Assembly (NCBI GenBank): GCA_963727445.1
Contig: CAVSGI010000004.1
Location: 1-64,000, forward strand
Reading direction: 5' to 3'
From: an uncultured delta proteobacterium
GTDB lineage: Bacteria > Myxococcota_A > Polyangia > Polyangiales > B10-G4
DNA length: 64,000 nt
In this document: positions 42,692 through 53,085 of the stretch, one piece after another
Position numbering within the stretch: position 1 is the stretch's first letter
How the letters are laid out: every line of letters starts with the position of its first letter
The notes under the pieces: generated by a model
Databases searched by the model: none
What the model was told of the DNA's origin: nothing
What the model saw: only the letters and a program-made list of their open reading frames with translations
Position numbers and translations under genes: made by a program

Positions 42692-43690
42692 GTGCACCTC
42701 CTCCTTCCAGCGTTGGCGATCATCGGTGGCTTCATCGCCCTGGTCTGGGGCGCGGACCGCTTCGTCGAGGGCTCGGCGGCGACCGCCCGCAACCTCGGCG
42801 TCTCCCCGCTGATCATCGGCCTCACGGTCGTCGCTTTCGGCACCAGCGCGCCCGAGATGCTGGTGTCGAGCTTCGCAGCCTGGGCCGGCAACGGGGGGCT
42901 GGCGGTGGGCAACGCCATCGGCTCGAACATCACCAACGTCGCGCTGGTGCTGGGCGTCTCCGCGATCGTCGCGCCGCTCTCCGTGCACTCGAAGATCCTC
43001 TCGCGGGAGCTGCCGCTCCTGGTCTTCACCATGCTGCTGACACTCTCGCTGATGCTCGACCGGCATCTCGGGCGGATCGACGGCGTGATCCTCATCGCCG
43101 GTCTGGTCGTGCTCCTGGGATGGATGATCGGCGAAGGGGTGCGCGAGCGTCAGGGTGGCGGCGAGTCGGACGCCCTGAGCGACGAGTTCGCCGAGGAGAT
43201 CCCCGAGGGGATGTCGATGGGCAGGTCGATCTTCTGGCTGGTCCTGGGCCTCTTCGTGCTCCTGGGGGCGGCGCGCCTGGTCGTCTACGGGGCGTCGGAG
43301 GTGGCGCGCTATTTCGGCGTGTCGGACCTGGTGATCGGTCTGACGGTCGTCGCGCTCGGGACGAGCCTGCCCGAGCTCGCCGCGTCGGTGGTCTCGGCGA
43401 TGAAGAACGAGCACGACATCGCGATCGGCAACGTCGTCGGCTCCAACATGTTCAACCTCCTCGGCGTTCTGGCGCTTCCCGGGCTGATCCGCCCGAGCGA
43501 CGTGGGGCCGGATGTGTTGACCCGCGACTTTCCCGTGATGATCGGCGTCACGCTCCTGCTCTGGCTCAAGGCGCGGGGCTTCTACAAGAAGAGCCAGCTC
43601 ACGCGCTTCAACGGCGGCGTTCTCGTGTTGATCTACGCCATCTACATCGGCTGGCTCTTCGTCGACATGGTCCGCACGTCCCACGCTTGA
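42692..43690 (+). CDS. Ca2+/Na+ antiporter (CaCA, YrbG-like)
   Basis: Two alpha repeats: GTSAPE..GNAIGSN and GTSLPE..GNVVGSN. Confidence 0.95.
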   Translation: MHLLLPALAIIGGFIALVWGADRFVEGSAATARNLGVSPLIIGLTVVAFGTSAPEMLVSSFAAWAGNGGLAVGNAIGSNITNVALVLGVSAIVAPLSVHSKILSRELPLLVFTMLLTLSLMLDRHLGRIDGVILIAGLVVLLGWMIGEGVRERQGGGESDALSDEFAEEIPEGMSMGRSIFWLVLGLFVLLGAARLVVYGASEVARYFGVSDLVIGLTVVALGTSLPELAASVVSAMKNEHDIAIGNVVGSNMFNLLGVLALPGLIRPSDVGPDVLTRDFPVMIGVTLLLWLKARGFYKKSQLTRFNGGVLVLIYAIYIGWLFVDMVRTSHA

Positions 43691-43779
43691 GCTGCCGACG
43701 GCTGCGGGCCCCTGCCCGGTGGGCCTCACGCCCCGACTCTGGGGCTGACGTTTGCGCGTGGCCATGTACCATTCGCGCG

Positions 43780-44406
43780 ATGAGCACGGGCCAGAACGAC
43801 GCGCGCCTCGACTTTCCGGCGACCGGCAGAAATGGCGAAGCCATCCTCGACGTTCTCTCTCGCGTGGCGCCACAACGAGGCCTGGTACTGGAGATCGGAA
43901 GCGGGAGCGGACAGCACGTGGTGCGTTTCGCGGATGCGCTCTGCGCCCTCCGCTTTCAGCCGACCGATCCCGACCCCACCCACGTCGCGAGCATCGATGC
44001 CTGGCGCGCGCACCGAGACCTGGACAACGTTCTGCCGGCGCTGCGCCTGGACGCGACGGAGCTGCCGTGGCCAGTCGACCGAGCCGAGGCCGTCTACTGC
44101 GCCAACGTGATCCACATCTCGCCCTGGGAGGTCGCCCTGTCGATACTCGAGGGCGCGAGCCGCGTCCTGCCGGCCGAGGGCGTGCTTTTCTTCTACGGCC
44201 CCTTCAAGCGCGAGGGCGCGCACACGGCGCCGAGCAACGCGCGCTTCGACGAGAGCCTTCGCGCGCGCGATCCGCGATGGGGCGTGCGCGACGCGGGCGA
44301 GGTCGCGGAGGCGGCGCGTGACCTCGGTCTTCATCTGCGCGAGCTCGTCCCCATGCCCGCCAACAACTTCTCCCTCATCTTCCGCAAGGACGCGCGCGCG
44401 ACGTGA
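43780..44406 (+). CDS. DUF938 SAM-dependent methyltransferase
   Basis: VLEIGSGSGQH, NVIHISPW, YGPF, SNARFD..WGVRD and MPANN. Confidence 0.92.
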   Translation: MSTGQNDARLDFPATGRNGEAILDVLSRVAPQRGLVLEIGSGSGQHVVRFADALCALRFQPTDPDPTHVASIDAWRAHRDLDNVLPALRLDATELPWPVDRAEAVYCANVIHISPWEVALSILEGASRVLPAEGVLFFYGPFKREGAHTAPSNARFDESLRARDPRWGVRDAGEVAEAARDLGLHLRELVPMPANNFSLIFRKDARAT

Positions 44407-45908
44407 AGACGCTCCTCATCATCCTCGCGCTGACCGTCGCCGCCGGGTGCGATGACGAGGAGCCCACGCCGCGGCCCGAGACCGAGGCGTCTCCCGAGAC
44501 GGAGGCGGCCCCGGAGCCGCCGGAGCCCGAAGAGCCGACGGGTGACCCACTGCCCGAGCGCCATCCGAGCTTCGCGCTGGGCGGCGTGCACAGCTGCGAC
44601 CTGTCGGCCTCGGGCGAGGTGCGATGCTGGGGCAGCCAGCAGTTCGCGCAGCTCGGCGACCCCGGCTTCGCGGCCGGCGATTACAACGCGCATCGCGATC
44701 TTCCGGCGCCGGTTCCCGGCCTCGAGGGTGTCGTGGCGCTCTACGCCGGCAACTTCCACAACTGCACGCTGCATGAGGACCACGTGGTGCGCTGCTGGGG
44801 GCACGACGGCTTCGGTCAGTCGAGCGCGGGTCCATTCGGCGGCGGTGACGTGGCCGCGCCTCGGATCCTCGAAGGGCTCGAGCGCCCGGTGGAGCTAGCC
44901 CTCGGCCGGCAGCACACCTGTGCGCGCCTCGCCGATCGCCGGGTCTTCTGCTTCGGCGACAACAGCTGGGGCCAGCTCGGCGCCGGCGACCTCGAGGCGC
45001 ACGAAGGTGTGGTCCAGGTGCAGGGGATCGACGACGCGCTCGCGATCAGCGCGGGCCGCGACTTCACCTGCGCGCTCCGCGAGGGCAACGTGATCAGCTG
45101 CTGGGGCGCCGCGGTCGATGGAGAGCTGGGCTCGGCCGCCCATGGCGCGATGTCCGGGACGCCGGTGGAGGTGCCGGAGGTTCCCGAGCACGTGAAGGCG
45201 ATCAGCGCGGGGGGCTTGCACGGTTGCCTGCTGACCGAGGGCGGTGAGGTGTACTGCTGGGGTGCGAACGACACCCATCAGATGGGCAACGGGCGGGGGG
45301 GCGAGCAGTCCGACGTCGCCCCGCATCCGGTGCAGGTGCGCGACCTCGAGGACGTGGTGGAGATCGCGGCGGGCGCACGGCACACCTGCGCGCGCAAGTC
45401 GGACGGCACCGTCTTCTGCTGGGGCGCGAACCACTTCGGTCAGCTGGGCGACGGCACCGAAACCGGCGACAACGTCCCGCTCCAGGTCAAGGGTCTCGAG
45501 GACGCGACGAGCATTGCCGCCGGCACCCGCCACACATGCGCCCGTCGCGAGGGCGGCGACGAGGTCTGCTGGGGCGCGAACCGCCTCGGCCAGCTCGGCC
45601 ACGAGGGCGAGGAGCAGGTGGTGGTGGGCGCCGTCGTCGGCACCGGCGAGCTCATCGCCCAGCCGGATCCCAGCCAGATGCGGCGCAACGGGCATCGCGC
45701 GACGATGGCGCCGAACATGGCGTCGATGAACGGGGCGGCGAACATGACGCCGAACATGGCGTGGATGAACGGAGGGCCGAACATGACGCCGAGCATGGGG
45801 ATGGCGGCGAGTCCGTCCGCGAGTCCGACCCCGAGTCCGACTCCGACCATGACCTCGACTCCGAGTCCGTCTCCGAGTCCGACTCCGACCATGACCCCGA
45901 CTCCCTGA
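44403..45908 (+). CDS. RCC1/BLIP-II repeat lipoprotein with Met-rich and Pro/Thr/Ser tail
   Basis: Lipobox AAGC and repeated AGxxHTC..V.CWGxNxxGQLG units. Confidence 0.92.
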   Translation: MKTLLIILALTVAAGCDDEEPTPRPETEASPETEAAPEPPEPEEPTGDPLPERHPSFALGGVHSCDLSASGEVRCWGSQQFAQLGDPGFAAGDYNAHRDLPAPVPGLEGVVALYAGNFHNCTLHEDHVVRCWGHDGFGQSSAGPFGGGDVAAPRILEGLERPVELALGRQHTCARLADRRVFCFGDNSWGQLGAGDLEAHEGVVQVQGIDDALAISAGRDFTCALREGNVISCWGAAVDGELGSAAHGAMSGTPVEVPEVPEHVKAISAGGLHGCLLTEGGEVYCWGANDTHQMGNGRGGEQSDVAPHPVQVRDLEDVVEIAAGARHTCARKSDGTVFCWGANHFGQLGDGTETGDNVPLQVKGLEDATSIAAGTRHTCARREGGDEVCWGANRLGQLGHEGEEQVVVGAVVGTGELIAQPDPSQMRRNGHRATMAPNMASMNGAANMTPNMAWMNGGPNMTPSMGMAASPSASPTPSPTPTMTSTPSPSPSPTPTMTPTP

Positions 45909-46037
45909 CCTGTGTAAGAGCGCCCACGACCTGAGCTGCGATCGATCCAGGCGGGTCACTTAAGGCGCACTCGAGGTCGCAATTGAGCCCCCCGAGGGCT
46001 CTCGCTCGCTGGAACGAGCCTTGCGGAGCACGGGGCC

Positions 46038-48503
46038 GTGGCCCGCACCTTCCTCGCAGCGCTCCTCGCCTCGGTCGCCCTCATGTCGCCCGCCGCCGGG
46101 CATGCGGTGACAATCACCAGCCGCAGCTGGAGCACCCCGCGGCCCGGCGTCCGCATCCTCACCGGACGCACCTCCTCGCCGACCACGCGCTTCTACGCGG
46201 CCTACGTCGATCTCTGCGCGGACTACGTCCACGTCGGAGCGACCACCCGGCCGTCTTCGCTCCGGACGGCGGGGAGCTGGGGCAATTCGGTGGGCGCGAC
46301 CGTCGCGACGAACGGTGACTTCTTTCGGTACGAGTCCCCGCCCCGCGTCTACGGCCTCGCGGTCGGCGACGGCCATCCGTGGCCCGCCGCCCAGTCGGGG
46401 GAGGGGAGCGCGGCGTCGTCGGAGTGGTTCTATCACCACTACGGCTGGATCGCCTTCGGCAACGGCTGGGTCGACTTCAACCACACGCGGTGGGTGAAGC
46501 GAAATCGCACCGTCACCGAGGGCTTCTCCCCGGACGCCTTCACCTCCGACATCCCCAGCGGCACCCGAGCGCTGGTGAGCGGCTTCCCCGAGCTCGTCAC
46601 CGAGGGAAGGCGAGCCACCTGCTCGAGCCCGACCGCGAGCTCTTGCTTCCCGGATCGCTCCGACATGCGCGACCGACACCCGCGCACCGCGATGGGCCTC
46701 ACCGAGGACATGCAGACCTTCCTCCTCGTCGTGGTCGATGGCCGTTCTTCCACCTCTGTCGGGATGTACGGCACCGAGCTCGCCTCCCTGATGGATCAGT
46801 TGGGCGCGTGGCAGGCCTACAACATCGACGGCGGCGGCTCGAGCCAGATGTGGGTGAATGGGCGGGGCACGATCAACCATCCCTCGGACGGCTCCGCGCG
46901 CGGTGTGGCGAACCACTGGGGGATCTTCGCGGGCGCGGCCGGGGGCCTGTCGCGCATCCCCGGGAGCTGCATGCCGACGTCGGTGGACAACTGCTTCGAC
47001 GTGCGCCCGGACGGGAGCGGATGCGAGGTCGAGGAGGCCGAGCTCGACGCGTCCTGGGTTGGCGGCGACACCACCAGCGATGTCGATGGAGACGGCCGCG
47101 CCGACGTCTGCATCCGTCACGGCGCCGACTTTCGCTGTCGCCTCGCGGCGGACGAGGGCTTCGGCGAGGTGAGCCTCATGCTCGACGCCTTCTCCGACGA
47201 CGAGGGCTTCGACGATCCGGGCAAGTGGTCCACGCTCCGCATGGGGGACTTCGACGCTGACGGGCGCGCCGACGTGTGCGGGCGCGCCGCCGACGGGATC
47301 AGGTGCGTGCTGTCGACCAGCGAAGGAGCGTCCATGCGCATCGACGGCCCGGCGCTCGCGGACGAGCACGGCTGGAACCAGAGGCGCTACGCCACGACCC
47401 TGCGGGTGGGTGACATCGACGGCGATCACCGTGACGATCTCTGCGCGCGCGCCGCGGCGGGGATCCGCTGCTGGCGCTCGTCCGGCGCGGGCTTCTCGGA
47501 CGCCATTGCCGGCCCCGAGTGGTCGAACGACGGCGGCTGGGCGCAACCGAAGTACTACGCCACGATCCGCCTCGGCGACATCGACGGAGACGGGCGAGAC
47601 AATCTCTGCGCCCGCGGCGCCGCGGGTCTCTTCTGCTACCCGTCGACCGGCGACGGCTTCGGCCCGCGCATCGACGGCCCCGCGTGGAGCGACGCCCGCG
47701 GCTTCGGGAACATCCGCTACTGGAGCACCTTCCGACTCGCGGACGTGGACGGCGACGGGCTCGCAGACGCTTGCATCCGGACCTCATCGGACCTGCGCTG
47801 TCACATGTCGACCGGCGACGGCTTCACCGGGCCGGAGATCGTCGGCGCGCTCTCGGATGACTCGGGGTGGGCAGATCACGACAACTACGCGACCCTTCGG
47901 GCTGGCGACGTCGACGGCGATGGTGCCGAGGAGCTCTGCGTGCGCGCGAACCGCGGCATCCTCTGCTACCGCCTCGGCGCGGACGGCTTCACCCGCTTCG
48001 ACGGGCCGGCGCTCTCGAACGACGACGGATGGGACGCCGTGCGCTACTACACGACCATCCGCCTCGCCGACGTGAACGGCGATGGTCGGGACAATCTCTG
48101 CGCCCGCGGCACGCACGGCCCCCGTTGCTGGCTGTCGACGGGAGAGGCCTTCGCGGCCGACCCGATCGGTGTCGACGGTTTCACCCAGCGCGACGTGGCC
48201 CGCTACAGCGGCTTCCGCATCGCCGGCCCGCACGCCGTGCCGCTGCCCGAGGTGTGCAACGGCGAAGACGACGACCTCGACGGCTTGACCGACGAGGATG
48301 GCGTCTGCGACGGCCCGCCGCCGAGCGGGGGCGACGGGGGCCCGCGGGAGGGACCCGATGGCGCAGTGGTTCGCGACGGCGGTGTCGACGGCGGGCCGGG
48401 GCCGATCCACGGCGGCTGCAGCGCGGGCGGCCCGCCCCAGGCTGACGGTTGGCTCCTGTGCGCCTTGGCCGCGCTGTTCCTGGTGCGTCGCCGGCGAGAT
48501 TGA
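46038..48503 (+). CDS. Phosphodiester glycosidase (NAGPA) plus FG-GAP/VCBS repeats plus MYXO-CTERM surface protein
   Basis: NGDFF, HPRTAMG, VVDGR and NIDGGGS; about six GDxDGDGRxDxC repeats; EVCNGEDDDLDG; C-terminal GGCS..TM..RRRR. Confidence 0.92.
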   Translation: MARTFLAALLASVALMSPAAGHAVTITSRSWSTPRPGVRILTGRTSSPTTRFYAAYVDLCADYVHVGATTRPSSLRTAGSWGNSVGATVATNGDFFRYESPPRVYGLAVGDGHPWPAAQSGEGSAASSEWFYHHYGWIAFGNGWVDFNHTRWVKRNRTVTEGFSPDAFTSDIPSGTRALVSGFPELVTEGRRATCSSPTASSCFPDRSDMRDRHPRTAMGLTEDMQTFLLVVVDGRSSTSVGMYGTELASLMDQLGAWQAYNIDGGGSSQMWVNGRGTINHPSDGSARGVANHWGIFAGAAGGLSRIPGSCMPTSVDNCFDVRPDGSGCEVEEAELDASWVGGDTTSDVDGDGRADVCIRHGADFRCRLAADEGFGEVSLMLDAFSDDEGFDDPGKWSTLRMGDFDADGRADVCGRAADGIRCVLSTSEGASMRIDGPALADEHGWNQRRYATTLRVGDIDGDHRDDLCARAAAGIRCWRSSGAGFSDAIAGPEWSNDGGWAQPKYYATIRLGDIDGDGRDNLCARGAAGLFCYPSTGDGFGPRIDGPAWSDARGFGNIRYWSTFRLADVDGDGLADACIRTSSDLRCHMSTGDGFTGPEIVGALSDDSGWADHDNYATLRAGDVDGDGAEELCVRANRGILCYRLGADGFTRFDGPALSNDDGWDAVRYYTTIRLADVNGDGRDNLCARGTHGPRCWLSTGEAFAADPIGVDGFTQRDVARYSGFRIAGPHAVPLPEVCNGEDDDLDGLTDEDGVCDGPPPSGGDGGPREGPDGAVVRDGGVDGGPGPIHGGCSAGGPPQADGWLLCALAALFLVRRRRD

Positions 48504-48520
48504 TCCACGATGCGCCTCGC

Positions 48521-49153
48521 ATGTTCACCGGCATCGTCGAAGAGATCGGCAGGGTCCGACGGGTGGAAAAGCGCGAGGGAGCGACGCGCTTCGAGCTCGC
48601 CTGCGAGACGGCCCTCGAGGGCACGGAGGTCGGCGACAGCATCGCGGTCTGTGGCGTCTGTCTGACCGTGGTCGCGCTCGCCGACGGCGCCTTCGCTTGC
48701 GAAGCCGTGCCCGAGACGCTGAAGCGAACCAACCTCGGCCGGCTCCGCGAAGGTGACCGGGTGAACCTCGAGCGCGCTGTGCGCGAGGGGCGGCCCTTCG
48801 GCGGACACTACGTTCAGGGTCACGTCGACGACATCGGCGAAGTCACGGAGGTCGTGGACGAGGGCGAGGCGAAGAACTACCGCTTCCGCTGCATGGCCGA
48901 GGTCGCGCGCTACATCGTCCCCAAGGGCTTCGTCTGCGTGGACGGCGCGAGCCTCACGGTGGTGGAGGCCGGCGACGACTGGTTCACGGTGACGCTGGTC
49001 CCCCACACCCAGAAGAGCGTCGTGATGGGCAGCGAGGGCCCGGGCTACGTCGTCAATCTCGAGGTCGACGTCCTCGGCAAGTACGTCGAGCGCATCGTCG
49101 GCGGCCGCCTCGACGCGATCGAGGCGCGCCTGTCGAAGCTCGAGCGGAGCTAG
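48521..49153 (+). CDS. ribE: Riboflavin synthase (alpha chain)
   Basis: MFTGIVEE, GDSIAVCGVCLTV, VNLERA, GGHYVQGHVD and VNLEVD. Confidence 0.97.
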   Translation: MFTGIVEEIGRVRRVEKREGATRFELACETALEGTEVGDSIAVCGVCLTVVALADGAFACEAVPETLKRTNLGRLREGDRVNLERAVREGRPFGGHYVQGHVDDIGEVTEVVDEGEAKNYRFRCMAEVARYIVPKGFVCVDGASLTVVEAGDDWFTVTLVPHTQKSVVMGSEGPGYVVNLEVDVLGKYVERIVGGRLDAIEARLSKLERS

Positions 49154-49198
49154 CTCTCCCCGGGCCCGGCCCCTGGGGCTCTCCACTCGTGGTTGTGC

Positions 49199-50914
49199 TC
49201 AGCGGCGGCGGCGCCGCACCCAGAACAACACAGCGAGGCAAGCGAAGACGCCGGTCAGGCTCGTCGTGAGTCCTTCCCAGAAACGCGGTGGGACGTAGCG
49301 CAGCACGAGTGCGTGCTGGCCTCTGGGGAGCTCCACCGCGAGCATTCCGTCGTGGTCGATGGCGGTGCCCGGAGAGGCGCTCCAGCCGGGGTAGTAGTTC
49401 TGGTTGACGAGAACAGTTCCGCTTTCGGTCATCGACACGTCGGCTTTCATGCCGTTGTTCGTGCGCCGAAAACCCTCCACCACGCCACGCCCTTCGATGA
49501 CACGCACCTGGGGCTGGACGCCGACGCGCAGGCCTCTCGCCACGTGCCAGCGCATGCCCCACGGGTAGCAGGCCGGGGTGCCGACGCCGCGGCGGGGGTA
49601 GCTCGCGTACTCCCGGAAGTAGTTGCGACCGTGAACCAGGAAGTAGCTGGGCACGGGCTCTTCTTCGAGCACGGGTGCCCAATTGAAGCGGTCGGTGGCG
49701 GCGAAGTTCGTGGCGACGATGTCGACGCCGCTCGCCAACGTCACGAGCGCCATGAGCGCGGGTGCCGCCCGTGACACCCACGCGGGTCGATAGCGGTGTT
49801 TCAGCCAGTCGTGGATGCCTTGAAGGCCCATGCCGGCGAGGAGCGCGAGGTAGAACGAGGCCAGGACCGTGAAGCGCGTGGGGACGCGAAGCGAGTCGTA
49901 CACCGGCAGGTGATGCATCAGCGTCCACGGTGCGTATTCGGCGAAGTTGCCCATCAAGAGCGTGCCGAAGACGAGGATGCCGATCAGCAGGTGGAGCCGC
50001 TTCTTTCGAAACGCGGGCCACAGGCCCACGACGGCGAGGGCGAGGACGGCCCAGCCGACGTAGGTTCCGTATTCGTGCCAGCGATATTCGTGTCCGAAGA
50101 GCGCCGGGTGCCTTCGGGCGACGTACATGTCGAGGAGCTCGGCGAACGTGATGGTGTCGAAGCTCTCGACGTCTCTTGGTAGCTCCGCGAGGGTGGCGCG
50201 GATGGGCAGCAGTCGGATGCCGGCGAGGAGCGCTCCGAGGATCCCCGCGACGAGCCCCGCCCGTAGGACCGCGCCGCGCTTCCGTTCCCGGAACAGTGAG
50301 ACCGCGCCATCGAAAGCGATCAGCAGGACGAAGTAGGGGAATGGATAGGTGCCTCCCTCGAAGATCACCACGGCCATGAGAGCCGCGAGGGCGACCGCGT
50401 AGCGGATGTCGGTGAAGGATGCGCGGAAGGCGAGGAGCAACCACGGCGCGAGGTAGAACGGGATGAAGGTGCCGTGACCTTCACTCACGTGCCAGGCAAA
50501 GAACCCCGAGCCCGCCCAGGCGACCGCCGCGACCGTCGAGGCAGGCAGGCCGAGGTCGTAGTGCTTGCGGGCGAAGAGAGCCATTCCCAGCAGCCCCGCG
50601 AATGCGTGCGCGACGATGAAGAGCTTGACGGCGAGGGTCGGGCCGAAGAGCAGCGACAGGGGGAAGAGCGGAGAGAGCGCCTGAGATTCCGGGTTGCCGA
50701 GGATGGGCACGCCGCCGCAGTGATAGGGATCCCAGAGCGGCCATTCGTGGTGGCGGGTCAACGCCACCCACGCCGCCTCCCAGTTGTGGTGGACCATCTG
50801 CCAGTCGCCCGGGCCCGTCGCGTCGATGTCGAAGAACGCGGGGCTCCAGATGACGAAGGACAGCGCGAGGAAGCCGAGGACGAGGCCCCAGAGAGTGCCG
50901 CGCGCCGTCCGCAT
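49199..50914 (-). CDS. YfhO-like multi-pass membrane glycosyltransferase (GT-C)
   Basis: PLWDPYHCGGVPILGNP, LRVPTRF, NQNYYPGW and LPRGQHALVLRY.P; many TM helices. Confidence 0.8.
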   Translation of the reverse strand: MRTARGTLWGLVLGFLALSFVIWSPAFFDIDATGPGDWQMVHHNWEAAWVALTRHHEWPLWDPYHCGGVPILGNPESQALSPLFPLSLLFGPTLAVKLFIVAHAFAGLLGMALFARKHYDLGLPASTVAAVAWAGSGFFAWHVSEGHGTFIPFYLAPWLLLAFRASFTDIRYAVALAALMAVVIFEGGTYPFPYFVLLIAFDGAVSLFRERKRGAVLRAGLVAGILGALLAGIRLLPIRATLAELPRDVESFDTITFAELLDMYVARRHPALFGHEYRWHEYGTYVGWAVLALAVVGLWPAFRKKRLHLLIGILVFGTLLMGNFAEYAPWTLMHHLPVYDSLRVPTRFTVLASFYLALLAGMGLQGIHDWLKHRYRPAWVSRAAPALMALVTLASGVDIVATNFAATDRFNWAPVLEEEPVPSYFLVHGRNYFREYASYPRRGVGTPACYPWGMRWHVARGLRVGVQPQVRVIEGRGVVEGFRRTNNGMKADVSMTESGTVLVNQNYYPGWSASPGTAIDHDGMLAVELPRGQHALVLRYVPPRFWEGLTTSLTGVFACLAVLFWVRRRRR

Positions 50915-53022
50915 CAGGGCTCCAGGGTGTAGTGCCGTGGATCGAGACCGTGCTCTCGATAGAACTCTTTCAGCTCGCCAACGAGCTCGTCGGCCAGGTC
51001 GGGATCTTCAGTCAACAGGTTTCGACGCTCGCCAGGGTCGGTGGCGAGGTCGTACATCTCGCGGTCCCCGGTGCTCGCGTCGATGATCAGCTTCTGGTCT
51101 CCGTCGATCCACGCGACCTTGAACCAGTCGGTGGTCTGATCCGGCAGGGCCGCGGCGTAGACGGGCAGGCTCTCCGGCTCGTCGCCACTCTCGAGAGAGG
51201 GCATGAGGCTGCGTCCGCAGAGGCCGGTCGGGACCACGAGCCCCGCCGCCTCCAGGATGGTCGGCACGACATCGATGAGACTCACCGGCGTGCTCCTACG
51301 GCCCGGATGGACGCCTGGCCCCCAGACGAGAAGCGGGACGTGAATCTCCTCCTCGTAGACGCTCGAGCCGTGTCGTCTCGCTCCATGTTCATCGAACTGC
51401 TCACCGTGATCCGACGTGATGAACACCCAGGTGTTGTCTTTCCTCTCCCTGCCGTCGAGATAGTCGAGGAGGCGATCCACTTGTTGGTCCACGTAGCGTA
51501 GCGAATGCAGATGTCGTTCGTGGTAGGGCGGGCGATCGGCGGTCGGGAGCTCGGGGCCGTAGGTGAACGGGTAGTGGGGCTCGTTCAGATGGGTCCAAAT
51601 GAAGCGCGGGGTCGCGCCGGGCGTCGGAGCCCGCGTCAGGCGCGTCATGATCGCGTTGACGTCGTATGTCGCGACATAACGATGGGCACGCCGGAACGCC
51701 ACGAATCGGTCGTCGACCTCTCCGAAACCGTCGAGCCCATGGCCCGAGACCGGGAAGGCCCCGGGATCGGAGACCAACGCCACCGTCTCATACCCGGACG
51801 CCATGAGATAGCTCGCTACCGTCGGCTGCCCGTCCACGAGGGTGAGGGCCCATCGGTGCCGAGGGACGGGCGGCCCACCGACCCGCCCCGGAATGATGCC
51901 GGTGAACATGCTACGAAACGACTGTCGGGTGGAGTTCGAAGGCGCGTACGCCCTCTCGAAGACCGCCGCCCGTCGCGCGTGCGCCTGGATCTGCGGCGTC
52001 ACCTTGTGGGTTCCGTTGGGGTCCATGCTGCTGTGGTCCCAGCGCCAGCCGTCGATGGTCAGCAGGATGATGTCCGGCGCATCGTCTGGTGCGGTTCCGA
52101 CCTGTTCGGGTGGTGTCAGTCGCTCCTCGGGACGGCACGCTTGCACCTCGTCGGGGGCGTCCATCGACCCGACGCTGGTCAGGCGCGCGGCCACCGCGAG
52201 AAGCCAAGGCGTCACTCGCAGGTCCTGCTGCACCGAGCGGTACGTCTTCGCAGGGTGTGTCCACGTGAGGTGCCAGACGAGGATTCCGAAACCGAGCCCC
52301 GCCACCATCGACATCAGATAGTGGAGCCACTTGGGCGCCGCCGTGCTGAAGGCGCCGACCAAGAAGACGACCAGCATCGCGCCCGGGACCTGCCAGCCGA
52401 CTTCCCGAAAATAGTCCGGCTCGTTTCGACTTCCGAGCAGCAGCCCGACGACCGCGACCAGGATGAGCGACGCGATGAAGGTGCCCGGATGCCGCAAGCG
52501 GGCCGGCAGGTGGTCGAAGACCCATTCGAACGCGGCGATCACCGGGCGGTAGGTCAGCACCACCAGGACGAGGACCACGAACACGACCAGGACCAGGGCG
52601 ATGCGCTGCGTGACGGTGTTGCCGAGCAATGCGTATCCGAACGCGAAATCCAGCACCCAGGCGCCGACGCTCGCGACGAGGACCGCCGCCAGGTGAATTG
52701 GAACGCGCTCAGGAGGTGGGAGGAGTAGCCGGCGGAGGAACGTGGTCCGCAACACCATCACCCGCGCCAGGATGGCCATCACGGCGATGATCAACGCGGG
52801 CGCGGACCAGGCGCCCACGGAGATGCCCAGGGAATCGAGCCACTCCGACTTCTTGCTCACTCCGATGAAGGTGTCGACACACGCGATCGTCGTCGCCGCT
52901 GCGAACGCGAAGACGATGGAGTAGGCGGCCGTCCTCCAAAATTTCCATCGTGAGCGGTGGTGCGACGAAGTGTTGAGGAAGCGGGGGACGTGCGCTTCCG
53001 GCCCGTGGGGAGCCATGGTCAT
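50914..53022 (-). CDS. Membrane-anchored sulfatase-like hydrolase/transferase
   Basis: N-terminal TM helices, LTIDGWRWDH, APSNSTRQS, EPHYP, SDHGE and YDLATDPGE. Confidence 0.9.
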   Translation of the reverse strand: MTMAPHGPEAHVPRFLNTSSHHRSRWKFWRTAAYSIVFAFAAATTIACVDTFIGVSKKSEWLDSLGISVGAWSAPALIIAVMAILARVMVLRTTFLRRLLLPPPERVPIHLAAVLVASVGAWVLDFAFGYALLGNTVTQRIALVLVVFVVLVLVVLTYRPVIAAFEWVFDHLPARLRHPGTFIASLILVAVVGLLLGSRNEPDYFREVGWQVPGAMLVVFLVGAFSTAAPKWLHYLMSMVAGLGFGILVWHLTWTHPAKTYRSVQQDLRVTPWLLAVAARLTSVGSMDAPDEVQACRPEERLTPPEQVGTAPDDAPDIILLTIDGWRWDHSSMDPNGTHKVTPQIQAHARRAAVFERAYAPSNSTRQSFRSMFTGIIPGRVGGPPVPRHRWALTLVDGQPTVASYLMASGYETVALVSDPGAFPVSGHGLDGFGEVDDRFVAFRRAHRYVATYDVNAIMTRLTRAPTPGATPRFIWTHLNEPHYPFTYGPELPTADRPPYHERHLHSLRYVDQQVDRLLDYLDGRERKDNTWVFITSDHGEQFDEHGARRHGSSVYEEEIHVPLLVWGPGVHPGRRSTPVSLIDVVPTILEAAGLVVPTGLCGRSLMPSLESGDEPESLPVYAAALPDQTTDWFKVAWIDGDQKLIIDASTGDREMYDLATDPGERRNLLTEDPDLADELVGELKEFYREHGLDPRHYTLEP

Positions 53023-53085
53023 CAGCGGGGGCTCGCGGCCGAGCGTATTCGACGCACGGCCGGTTGGTCCAGTGTTGGGAGGGGT

